This document shows, one piece after another, positions 38,147 through 46,330 of a stretch of DNA of 64,000 bases (positions are counted from its first letter, which is position 1; every line of letters begins with the position of its first letter). The stretch spans positions 186,001-250,000 of IMG/VR virus record IMGVR_UViG_3300020178_000002; one strand, given 5' to 3'. The notes beneath the pieces are model-generated. The model was given only the letters and a program-made list of their open reading frames with translations. It did not search any database and was not told the origin of the DNA. Made by a program: the position numbers and the translations under genes.

Positions 38147-38899
38147 ATGGAACAGAAAATTGCTTGTGAAGCCATTGTAGAGGCAATTAAGAAAGACAAT
38201 GCTCGTAAAGGGTCGAAGAGGAAAAAAGTAGACCATTGGAAAAAGGCTGCTTGTGCTTCTTTAGAAATCAAGAAGATGGGCAATGCAAGATGGACAGCGA
38301 TCTTGGAGTATGGCTATAAGAACCAATACTTCAAAAAAGATATGTATGGAGATAAAGAGATTCTCTCTCTTGCTGATAAAGCTCCTATTCTGGACTTCTT
38401 ATCTTCTGAGAAGCCTATTGTAGAAGAACCTAAACCACCTGCTAATGAGAAAAGAGATTCTAAGGGATATAAGCCCTCAGATTATCTTTCAGGGAATATT
38501 CTCAAGACTTCTGCCACTAGACCTAAATCTATCAAAGAAAACAGCCACAGAGCAGATTACGCACCCAGAGAGGGTGATCTTATGTGGGCTATCTATCCAG
38601 ATGGAAAATTAGTCCATGTTGAAATCCAAGAGGTCAGCTTTGGGCTTCATGTAGTACCTATGAACAAAAAAGATGGTCATTGGAGCTACCTTACCTCAAA
38701 TGATGTATTTGAAGATAAAGACTCTGCAAAGAATGCCCAGAGCGAGAGAGTTATATCCAGAGACAAAAAAGGTATCTATTGGTCAAAAGACGCAATGGGT
38801 CAGGAAGAATATGCCTTGTTCAAAGAGTATGAGGAACACAGGGAAGAGTTTAAAAGATTTTTAGAAAGTAAGAGCAATGAATCTAACGAAAATAGTTAA
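38147..38899 (+). CDS. hypothetical protein (250 aa)
   Basis: AAGGA RBS. Confidence 0.7.
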   Translation: MEQKIACEAIVEAIKKDNARKGSKRKKVDHWKKAACASLEIKKMGNARWTAILEYGYKNQYFKKDMYGDKEILSLADKAPILDFLSSEKPIVEEPKPPANEKRDSKGYKPSDYLSGNILKTSATRPKSIKENSHRADYAPREGDLMWAIYPDGKLVHVEIQEVSFGLHVVPMNKKDGHWSYLTSNDVFEDKDSAKNAQSERVISRDKKGIYWSKDAMGQEEYALFKEYEEHREEFKRFLESKSNESNENS

Positions 38900-39329
38900 T
38901 GGTAAAAGGTCTATAAAGAAACTACCTCATTGGTATTGTCTTCAAAAAAGCACTCCAGAAAGCTGGTTTGAAAGGTGGATTACTTTCACCTGCCATTTAA
39001 TGGTAGAGCTTGGGTTTAAAGTTCAAAAAGATACAGGAACTGTAAAGTTAAAAGGTATTGGATATAGTCAATACGTTATTTTTGAACACAAAGATATAGG
39101 AGAACTCTCTTTCTATTTTGAAAGGAAAAGAGTTCAAGAAGGTGGGATTATCACCATTAAAGACGTTATTAATGCAGGAGATGATTTTACCATTGAGGTA
39201 GAAATTAACACAGTCGCTAATTGTAAACTAAACCCTAATTCTTCCCCATACATGAGCAGGATAGATGTGGGAAGTTCAATGATTGAGACAATCAGAAAAT
39301 TTTGGATAGAAAAGTCAAAAAAGCAATGA
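38877..39329 (+). CDS. hypothetical protein, tandem paralog A
   Basis: MNLTKIVNGKRSIKKLPHWY...; homologous to the next gene. Confidence 0.75.
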   Translation: MNLTKIVNGKRSIKKLPHWYCLQKSTPESWFERWITFTCHLMVELGFKVQKDTGTVKLKGIGYSQYVIFEHKDIGELSFYFERKRVQEGGIITIKDVINAGDDFTIEVEINTVANCKLNPNSSPYMSRIDVGSSMIETIRKFWIEKSKKQ

Positions 39330-39769
39330 ATATAACGGAAATAGTTAATGGTAAAAGGTCTATAAAGAAACTGCCTCGTTGGTACTCCTGTAATAAAAGT
39401 ACCCCAGAAAGATGGTTTGAAAGGTGGGCTAAATTCACTGATGATTTAATGATAGAGCTTGGATTTGAATCCTTACAAGATTCAGACATTATGAAGTTTG
39501 GTAAAGGCAAGGCATGGAGCAGAGTTCTTAATTTTGAACATAAAGAAATAGGCTCAATTGAAATCACTCTTGAAAGAAAGAGGTCTCAAGATGGAGGATT
39601 GATCATCGTTAGGAACACAGCCATACCAACAGATGGTGCTGTTGAGGTAGATATTAACACAGTCCTCAAGAATCCATCTATTAACCACAACAATCCCTAT
39701 ATGAGTAGGGTAGATGTTGGAAATGCAATAATCAGCTCTATTAGACTCATCTGGCGAAAAAACCAATAA
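39326..39769 (+). CDS. hypothetical protein, tandem paralog B
   Basis: MNITEIVNGKRSIKKLPRWY...; ATGA overlap at 39326-39329. Confidence 0.75.
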   Translation: MNITEIVNGKRSIKKLPRWYSCNKSTPERWFERWAKFTDDLMIELGFESLQDSDIMKFGKGKAWSRVLNFEHKEIGSIEITLERKRSQDGGLIIVRNTAIPTDGAVEVDINTVLKNPSINHNNPYMSRVDVGNAIISSIRLIWRKNQ

Positions 39770-39807
39770 GACTATTTTAGGTGGAGTATAAATAGACTAC
39801 AAAGACC

Positions 39808-40434
39808 TTAGATCTTTGTAAGAAGAAGCCTCTCAAAGTGGAGTCTGTCTCCTCTGTTTAGTTTCTGCTCAAGCAGGTTCTTTATCTGCTTCTCAGTCAG
39901 AGCTTCTTGATTCTCTATCTTTCTTAAATTCTTTGCTTTAGAGAAGTCGCAGTTGTCGAATCGACCAGAGATAAGCCTAACACCTGTGAAGTCTGTCATC
40001 CAGAATGTAGTGTTCCTGAAAACACAACTTGCAAAGATACTGTTCTTTAGAGAGCCTTTAGAGTAATGAACACCTATGAACTGACATTGGAGAAAGTCAC
40101 AGTTAATGAAATAGTTGTCTTTAAAACGCTGGCTTATGAACTTTACTTTTTCAAAGCTCTTGCCATCAATTTTCAGTCCTATATTTTCTTCTGCTTCATA
40201 TTCTTTATTTGAGAATGAATCAGTAAGAGCTATTTCTTGTTTCTTTTCTAATTTAGACAAGGCTGCATCGAATTCTTCTTTAGTAATCTTACCTCCCATG
40301 TAGATTTTATTTAGAAATTTATACTCTCTATAAAAAACCTTATCCATTTCTTTTTCCAATTGGTTGAATGGGATTGAAGATGCTTTTTCAAGTCTGGCGA
40401 TTCTGATCTCAAGGGATTGTATTTTATCTTTCAT
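39808..40434 (-). CDS. pentapeptide-repeat protein with LEIRIARLEK leader
   Basis: Pentads FINCD FLQCQ FIGVH...FASCV FRNTT; C-terminus nearly identical to the next gene's. Confidence 0.8.
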   Translation of the reverse strand: MKDKIQSLEIRIARLEKASSIPFNQLEKEMDKVFYREYKFLNKIYMGGKITKEEFDAALSKLEKKQEIALTDSFSNKEYEAEENIGLKIDGKSFEKVKFISQRFKDNYFINCDFLQCQFIGVHYSKGSLKNSIFASCVFRNTTFWMTDFTGVRLISGRFDNCDFSKAKNLRKIENQEALTEKQIKNLLEQKLNRGDRLHFERLLLTKI

Positions 40435-40476
40435 CTTGTTTCTTTCTAAGTTTAGAATACAAAAAAATATAGGGTC

Positions 40477-41127
40477 TTAGATCTTTGTAAGAAGAAGCTT
40501 CTCAAAGTGGAGTCTGTCTCCTCTACTAAGTTCCTGGTCAAGCAAATTACTTATCTGTTTATTAGATAATACGTCTTTATTTAATAGTTTTAAATTCCTT
40601 GCTTTTCTAAGGTCGCATCTCTCAAATCTGACTGATTGAAGTCTAGCACCCTTAAAGTCTGTCATGTAAGCTGTGTAGTCTTTAAAAACACAAGCTAAAA
40701 TAAAAGAATCTACGAAAGACCCTTTAGAATCGGATGTTTGATAAAAATTACATTCAGACAAAATACAGTTTAAGAAATGAGTATTCTTAAGTCGCATTCT
40801 TCTAAATGTGACCTTTTCAAGATCTGATCCCTCAAACAGATTATTTGTAAACTTGCCACCTTCAAATTCATAATTTTTGATGTCATGCTTCCCTGTCACA
40901 CCACCGATAGAGTCATCCATATTCTCAAGATAGTCATGAGAATAATATTTCGTAGAATCCAAATAGTAATCATCTTCCCTAGTCAAATCATAGAAGGTCT
41001 GCTCCTTTGGGATCTTCTTATTGTACTGTTTCCTGATTATCTTTCTTAGTTCCATTTCGTCCTTTGATGGCTTCCTGTATTTATATTCATTGAGATTATA
41101 TGGGAGTGGATATTTATTTTTTGACAT
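40477..41127 (-). CDS. pentapeptide-repeat protein (paralog)
   Basis: FEGSD LEKVT FRRMR LKNTH FLNCI LSECN; the likely start is ATG 41127. Confidence 0.8.
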   Translation of the reverse strand: MSKNKYPLPYNLNEYKYRKPSKDEMELRKIIRKQYNKKIPKEQTFYDLTREDDYYLDSTKYYSHDYLENMDDSIGGVTGKHDIKNYEFEGGKFTNNLFEGSDLEKVTFRRMRLKNTHFLNCILSECNFYQTSDSKGSFVDSFILACVFKDYTAYMTDFKGARLQSVRFERCDLRKARNLKLLNKDVLSNKQISNLLDQELSRGDRLHFEKLLLTKI

Positions 41128-41184
41128 TTCTATCTCTTTCTTTAAGTTGGTTTTGTCTACATAGAGTGTGTGTATATAAATAAT

Positions 41185-41225
41185 AAAAAAAAGGGCTGAC
41201 CCCAAACAAATGGAAGCCAGCCCTT
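41185..41225 (-). terminator. intrinsic terminator
   Basis: AAGGGCTG...CAGCCCTT stem followed by a U-tract on the minus strand, after the 41271 gene. Confidence 0.65.
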
Positions 41226-41270
41226 AGAGCGTAGGCGAAACACCTACTTGACGAAACCAGAGTTTATAGC

Positions 41271-42026
41271 TTAGAGCATATCCTCTAGGATGTCATCTGC
41301 ATCAAAAGATGCTTGGAAACCACTGTTATTAGTAGCTGGGCTACCAACAGAGCTGTTATTTGAAGAGAACTTCTCAACAAGCTCCTCATAAGTGTAAACA
41401 TTTACAGAGTCTTGGATAGTGCTATGCACAAACTGTGCTCGTTTTACAATGCTGTTAAAGAGTTCTGGCTTCTTCTCTGAAAGAGTTTTCAACAAGCTCT
41501 CTTTACGAGGTGTAAAAGTCATTTGGTGCATATCATTAGTAACAGAAATACTTAGATCATGCTGTGAGAAAGGATAATCTCGAACAAGTGCACCAAGTTG
41601 TGCAAATTTAGTCTTAGTAAAGCCGTAAGACTTTACTTCAAACTCGCCATTCTGAACTCGGTTCATATCAACTTGACCCTTATGGTCTAAAGGCCAAAGG
41701 ACAAGAGTTGTATACGCTTTTGTACTTGCCTTTGCAGGAGAGCCATCTCGATTTGCAGGGATCCCAGGAATCTTAGCGAATCGTGGTTCACTTACAAGGA
41801 ACTTACCAACACCTTTACCACCCCACATTGAAGTAATAGGGATAAGCTCTGGGTTAGTCTCATTACCATCAGCATCTACAAATTGTAGATTACCTTCTTT
41901 TAGACCTGGCAATGCCACAAAAGAAACTCGATAGTTGTCACCCTTCTTGGGCTTAAGTTCAGTACCTTCAGTTGAAAGCTCAGAGGGAGTAGACCCTCCT
42001 AGTGTGAATGATGAAAATGACATCAT
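41271..42026 (-). CDS. putative single-stranded DNA-binding / recombination protein (gp32-like layout)
   Basis: 251 aa, low-complexity linker and acidic tail FDADDILEDML; inferred from architecture only. Confidence 0.45.
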   Translation of the reverse strand: MMSFSSFTLGGSTPSELSTEGTELKPKKGDNYRVSFVALPGLKEGNLQFVDADGNETNPELIPITSMWGGKGVGKFLVSEPRFAKIPGIPANRDGSPAKASTKAYTTLVLWPLDHKGQVDMNRVQNGEFEVKSYGFTKTKFAQLGALVRDYPFSQHDLSISVTNDMHQMTFTPRKESLLKTLSEKKPELFNSIVKRAQFVHSTIQDSVNVYTYEELVEKFSSNNSSVGSPATNNSGFQASFDADDILEDML

Positions 42027-42143
42027 TGTCTCCTTACGTTATATGTTTAAAAAAAGAGCTTTGGGTTTTCAGAACTATCTGCTTTCCCTTTGCTCATAGG
42101 TCTTATACAATATATGAATAAGGAGTGAAATTATTTTTCACCT

Positions 42144-42611
42144 CTAAGAGAAATAATCAAATACCTTGAGGATGAGTTGCTTTAATTTCAAGAAGCCACC
42201 AAAGATAGACTTAAAAATAGTCTGCAAGAAAATAACTACAACAGCTAAAGTAGCAATAGCTAACATAGTAATCTCAGGCAAGTAGTATCCTATTGCAACT
42301 AAGTCAAAGTCAGAGAGTGGAGCTGCTACTTTGGTTTTATGGCTATCTAAAATATATTCAATCTGATTTACAGGGTTTGAACCAGCTTTGGCTTTAACCA
42401 TTTTAAGATACTTTTTAAAACCAGAAGATCGAGTGACTGATGGGAAGTGCTTAAGGATATTCTTCTTTCCTGCACTATGAAATACATCTGAGACTCTTTC
42501 TTTAATCCTCACAAACTTTTTAAAGTGTTTTGAAGTGATTAAATCTATCTCAAGCATTGCCACCTTGTCCTCAAGGATAGCGATTTTCTCTGATGCTGTT
42601 AAGATCTTCAT
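42144..42611 (-). CDS. membrane-anchored protein with LTASEKIAILE leader (paralog B)
   Basis: Start MKILTASEK at 42611; C-terminal TM helix. Confidence 0.7.
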   Translation of the reverse strand: MKILTASEKIAILEDKVAMLEIDLITSKHFKKFVRIKERVSDVFHSAGKKNILKHFPSVTRSSGFKKYLKMVKAKAGSNPVNQIEYILDSHKTKVAAPLSDFDLVAIGYYLPEITMLAIATLAVVVIFLQTIFKSIFGGFLKLKQLILKVFDYFS

Positions 42612-42612
42612 G

Positions 42613-43167
42613 TTAGCTTCCAGACTTGCCCATGAACCAGCCAACAATAAATGTCACTAAACTCATCCAGAAAGCAGTTCCAATTGAGACATCAAAGAAA
42701 GCTTCTTTGTTTTGAGAACCTAGCTTCTTAATACCTGTCACATTAAGCACCCATACAACAATAGAACCTACAAGAAGGCAAGCAACAATAAGAATCTCTG
42801 GGTTTAAAATAAACTCCATCAAGTCAAAGCTTACACGATTCATTGAAGCCATTCTTCTCTGAGCGTTATTTCTCTCTTCAAGAATAAACTTAACTTGCTT
42901 TACAGGATTAGAACCTACTTCCTTACGAAGTGCAGCTAAAGCTTTTTTAAACTCAGGTGTCTTTGAAACACGACCATACTCTTTTGCAACTCTTTTTGGA
43001 CCGCCTGCTTTCTTGAAAACTTGACCTACTTTACTTTGAACACCTTTGAAAGCTTGAAGGCCTTCTGAAACCTGTTGTCTCATTTCATCAAGAATGGCTT
43101 GCTTTTCAAGTTGAGCAACTCTGTTCTCAAGAATTGCAATTTTCTCTGATGCCGTTAAATGTCTCAT
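42613..43167 (-). CDS. membrane-anchored protein with LTASEKIAILE leader (paralog A)
   Basis: MRHLTASEKIAILENRVAQLEKQA; shares the GSNPV.Q..(F/Y)IL core with paralog B; two C-terminal TM helices. Confidence 0.75.
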   Translation of the reverse strand: MRHLTASEKIAILENRVAQLEKQAILDEMRQQVSEGLQAFKGVQSKVGQVFKKAGGPKRVAKEYGRVSKTPEFKKALAALRKEVGSNPVKQVKFILEERNNAQRRMASMNRVSFDLMEFILNPEILIVACLLVGSIVVWVLNVTGIKKLGSQNKEAFFDVSIGTAFWMSLVTFIVGWFMGKSGS

Positions 43168-43208
43168 TGCTTTTTCCTTTTGTTAAAGATTATAAAGGAC
43201 AGCGTAGG

Positions 43209-43224
43209 TATAAATAGACTATAA
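43209..43224 (-). promoter_or_regulatory. putative late promoter motif (TTATAGTCTATTTATA)
   Basis: Match upstream of the 42613..43167 gene. Confidence 0.6.
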
Positions 43225-43252
43225 ACGTAATATATTTTAAACAGGAGGCTGC

Positions 43253-43825
43253 ATGAGAGTTATTGTAGAGGGGTTGATTGGAGTAGGCAAAAGCACATTC
43301 ACAACGGAGTTTGCAAGAATACATAAGCTAAACCCAATGTATGAGTCTGTTGATGATAATCCTTTTCTCTCAAAGTTCTATTCAGACCCAGAGAGATGGG
43401 CTTACACTCTTCAAATGCATTTCCTCTACGACAGATACTCAAAGCACCTTCCAGAGAACATCATCTTAGACAGGTCTATCTGGGGTGACCTTTGCTTTGC
43501 AAACATACTAAGAGAAGATGGTACTCTGACAGAAGAAGAGTATGAGTCTTATTTGAGCCATTCAAAAGTTTTAACAAACCATGTCCCTAAAGTAGACTTG
43601 TGTATACACCTTGATGTACCTGTCTATAAAGCAATGGACAGGATTAGTAAAAGGGGGAGAGGTTTTGAGACTTCTATTTCAGAAGATTACTTGGTTAGGC
43701 TCAAGAAAGAAATAGACTCACTCCCCTCTTTCTTACCCTCTGACATTAAGTATGTTAAAATTGATTGGGAAGACATGAGCCTAGATGAAATATCTAGATA
43801 TATTTCAAATATAGATTTAAAATAA
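43253..43825 (+). CDS. deoxynucleoside kinase
   Basis: IVEGLIGVGKST P-loop, E.V..NPFL..FY.DP.RWA...Q, DRS, RI..RGR. Confidence 0.9.
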   Translation: MRVIVEGLIGVGKSTFTTEFARIHKLNPMYESVDDNPFLSKFYSDPERWAYTLQMHFLYDRYSKHLPENIILDRSIWGDLCFANILREDGTLTEEEYESYLSHSKVLTNHVPKVDLCIHLDVPVYKAMDRISKRGRGFETSISEDYLVRLKKEIDSLPSFLPSDIKYVKIDWEDMSLDEISRYISNIDLK

Positions 43826-45355
43826 GGATACTTGACCTTTCTCATCTAGCTTTAGTCTTTCTTCTTTATATATTTCGCAGCTATTTTCGTTTACTTGTTC
43901 CCTTAAGTTTGAAGGTGCTGATCTGCCTTTCCTCGTTGTATTCGCTTGTCTTCTTAGTGCTTCATCAGACCTTAAAGGTAAGGAATCCATAGTGTTAGGG
44001 GTTGCCCATATAGATTCCTCTATATCTACACCCCTCTCCTCAGCTTCAACTTGAACCTGTAGAGTAGGTGCGAAGGTCTCTTTGCCCTGCTCTAAGCGAC
44101 TCTTCATTCTTGAGATATAATGACGTAGGTTCTCACCCCTCTGTGAAGCTGGAGGAGTTGACCAATTCTCTCCATAAATCAACGAAGGCTCTTCTTGCAG
44201 TATCTGGAACAACTCCATTTCCAAGCATTCTGAGCTCATCCGTTCTATTATCAAAGGACTCGTACAGCTTGGTTGCACCCACCCTATTGGAAGCCCCATC
44301 AAGGTCTCTACCCACCTCGGGTTCAACTTCATTGCAGCGTCCTTGCCCATGCTCACACGATCTGCGAAGTTCAGAGAGTGTGACTCCCCCACCCCTTTCG
44401 CTTTCCTTCGACCCGTCATTGTCAGAGTTATCTCTTTGTGGTGTATTTCCTGCGTTGTTGGAGTTGGCCACCCATATAAAGGGATGCTCGCTTCCTTCTC
44501 TTGAGTCTCCTTCAGGAGATCCTGATATATCTCTATTGCGTGAGGGTTCACCTGCTCCCGTAGATTGCCTGGATGGGAGCGTCTTTTCCTCCCCCCTGCT
44601 CTTGCTAGTCTTCTCAATGCCTCGTCGCTCCTCTGGTCTAGATGATCGAGAGTATTGGGAGTCCCCCAGAGTGACTCTTGGAGGCTCCCATGAGTATTGG
44701 TCTCTTCCTCTTGAGGATGGGTATATAGAGCCACTTGTGTCTCGGTTTCGGTCAAGGAGTCCATTGACCCATTCCAAGCTTTCTCTTTCGGTACCTCTTT
44801 TAATACCAAGAATGAAGACTCGCTTCCTTCTATGTGGAGCACCGACTTCTCTCGCTGAGAATATACCTGCCGTTGCTTCGTAACCCACCCTCTCCAATTC
44901 TCTAAGAACATGGAGCAAAACCGATGTTCCTTTTGGATCTGACCAATCATCTGATTTGAGTTCTGCTGAGAGGATTCCTTCGACATTCTCAAGGAAAATA
45001 ACGGAAGGTTGAGATACTTTAACTCCTCTGATGATATGTGGGAAGAGGTGTCTTGGGTCTGAGTCTGCTTTTCTTTTTCCTGCTGAACTAAAGGGCTGAC
45101 AAGGGAAGCCTCCTGACAAGATATCCACTTTTCCACGAAAGATTTCCCAGTCGAGGGTTTTAAGATTCGACCAGATAGGTGCTGGCTCAATAAACCCTTT
45201 TTCCATCTTTGCAACCAAGTTGCAGATTGGGAAGCTTTCGATCTCCACATAAGTGATTGTTCTGACATCTCCGAGAGCTTTTTTAAGTCCGATGTCGATT
45301 CCCCCATAACCTGCACAGAGTGATAGGTGTTTAAGTTCTTTGGTACTATCCACAT
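43817..45355 (-). CDS. alternative-frame C5-methyltransferase beta subunit (motif IX plus TRD-like repeats)
   Basis: 512 aa open frame fully overlapping the MTase gene; contains LNPRWVETLMGLPIGW (motif IX-like) and four W-x-T-P modules; ATG 6 nt after AGGAG. Confidence 0.7.
   Translation of the reverse strand: MWIVPKNLNTYHSVQVMGESTSDLKKLSEMSEQSLMWRSKASQSATWLQRWKKGLLSQHLSGRILKPSTGKSFVEKWISCQEASLVSPLVQQEKEKQTQTQDTSSHISSEELKYLNLPLFSLRMSKESSQQNSNQMIGQIQKEHRFCSMFLENWRGWVTKQRQVYSQREKSVLHIEGSESSFLVLKEVPKEKAWNGSMDSLTETETQVALYTHPQEEETNTHGSLQESLWGTPNTLDHLDQRSDEALRRLARAGGRKRRSHPGNLREQVNPHAIEIYQDLLKETQEKEASIPLYGWPTPTTQEIHHKEITLTMTGRRKAKGVGESHSLNFADRVSMGKDAAMKLNPRWVETLMGLPIGWVQPSCTSPLIIERMSSECLEMELFQILQEEPSLIYGENWSTPPASQRGENLRHYISRMKSRLEQGKETFAPTLQVQVEAEERGVDIEESIWATPNTMDSLPLRSDEALRRQANTTRKGRSAPSNLREQVNENSCEIYKEERLKLDEKGQVSLF
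44133..45353 (-). CDS. DNA cytosine-5 methyltransferase, alpha subunit
   Basis: CAGYGG (I), GGFPCQPFS (IV), LENV (VI), PHRRKRVF (VIII), LGNGVVP (X); GTG start 8 nt after AGGAG. Confidence 0.9.
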   Translation of the reverse strand: MDSTKELKHLSLCAGYGGIDIGLKKALGDVRTITYVEIESFPICNLVAKMEKGFIEPAPIWSNLKTLDWEIFRGKVDILSGGFPCQPFSSAGKRKADSDPRHLFPHIIRGVKVSQPSVIFLENVEGILSAELKSDDWSDPKGTSVLLHVLRELERVGYEATAGIFSAREVGAPHRRKRVFILGIKRGTERESLEWVNGLLDRNRDTSGSIYPSSRGRDQYSWEPPRVTLGDSQYSRSSRPEERRGIEKTSKSRGEEKTLPSRQSTGAGEPSRNRDISGSPEGDSREGSEHPFIWVANSNNAGNTPQRDNSDNDGSKESERGGGVTLSELRRSCEHGQGRCNEVEPEVGRDLDGASNRVGATKLYESFDNRTDELRMLGNGVVPDTARRAFVDLWRELVNSSSFTEG

Positions 45356-45411
45356 TAATTTCTCCTATAATAACATGCTACACTTATATATTATACCTAA
45401 ACCCCCCAGAC

Positions 45412-45450
45412 AAAAAAGCCCCACTTCCCAGTTAAGGGAAGCAGGGCTTA
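45412..45450 (-). terminator. intrinsic terminator
   Basis: AAGCCC.ACTTCCC / GGGAAG.AGGGCTT stem with a U-tract on the minus strand. Confidence 0.7.
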
Positions 45451-45476
45451 AAAAGATACCAACATAGAACTTTTAA

Positions 45477-45773
45477 TTAGTTTGTTGGAGGACTTGTTCT
45501 CTTACACTTTTTATGGAAGTCAATGCTGTGGTATGACTCTCCATTAGATAGTGTCCATCTCTTCTTTGAAGTGTTTTTTGCTGTCTGGACTCCATCAATG
45601 CCTTCACAAATGTATGTTTTGTGCTCTTGCATCTCTGATACAGAAGCAACACACAAGTACATCATGAAGAAGCCAATGAGGAGTCTAATATCATCTCTTA
45701 AAAGACCATACATAAAGGTCGCAAGAGACATTAGGAAGAACACACAAAAAATAATTGTCTGACCATCTTTCAT
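45477..45773 (-). CDS. small membrane protein (98 aa)
   Basis: Two N-terminal hydrophobic helices. Confidence 0.6.
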   Translation of the reverse strand: MKDGQTIIFCVFFLMSLATFMYGLLRDDIRLLIGFFMMYLCVASVSEMQEHKTYICEGIDGVQTAKNTSKKRWTLSNGESYHSIDFHKKCKRTSPPTN

Positions 45774-45907
45774 TTTAAAAACCTTTCTTAATAATTTAAT
45801 CTACTTAAAGTTATCTGTCCAGAGAGGGGGGGTGAAAAAACTTAACCTCCGCTTGCTGGTAATAAGGCTATTATCTAAAAAATGAAGAAATTGTTAAAAA
45901 TCTTATG

Positions 45908-46282
45908 CTAGCCATTCCATTCAAAATTAAAGAATGGGCTATGGAACATCCCTTTAACTTTCCATTCCAGAAGCCAGCTTTCGTCAAGCCTATCTGAATA
46001 TATTTTTATAGGCTCTTTGTTTTTAATAGCTCTAGCAAACTCATTTTTCTTGACATAGAGCTTCTCATTCTTAGTGACCCTAGTAGGTACACCCGTGCCT
46101 CCTAATGGTCTTAGAAGCAAGTTTGTTGTATTTGGGAAATAAACCCCATCCCCCATATTTTTTCTAAGGAATGTTCTAATGTGCTTGTACCTGAAGTACG
46201 CTTTGTTTTTATTCCCACCAAAGAAAAAAGCTTGCTTCTCTAATCTGGCAATACGACTTTCAAGGTTTGCGATGCTGTCCAT
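45908..46282 (-). CDS. hypothetical protein with LESRIARLEKQA leader
   Basis: GAGGAG RBS before ATG 46282. Confidence 0.7.
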   Translation of the reverse strand: MDSIANLESRIARLEKQAFFFGGNKNKAYFRYKHIRTFLRKNMGDGVYFPNTTNLLLRPLGGTGVPTRVTKNEKLYVKKNEFARAIKNKEPIKIYSDRLDESWLLEWKVKGMFHSPFFNFEWNG

Positions 46283-46330
46283 GATCTCTCCTCTTCTTTT
46301 ATTCAATAAGGAGATGCCATAAAGAGGTTA

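Noticed and set aside
44068-44883. 271 aa plus-strand ORF antisense to the dual-frame MTase
   Set aside because: Ser/Leu/Pro-rich with no RBS or motif; stop-codon depletion is an expected by-product of two open frames on the other strand.
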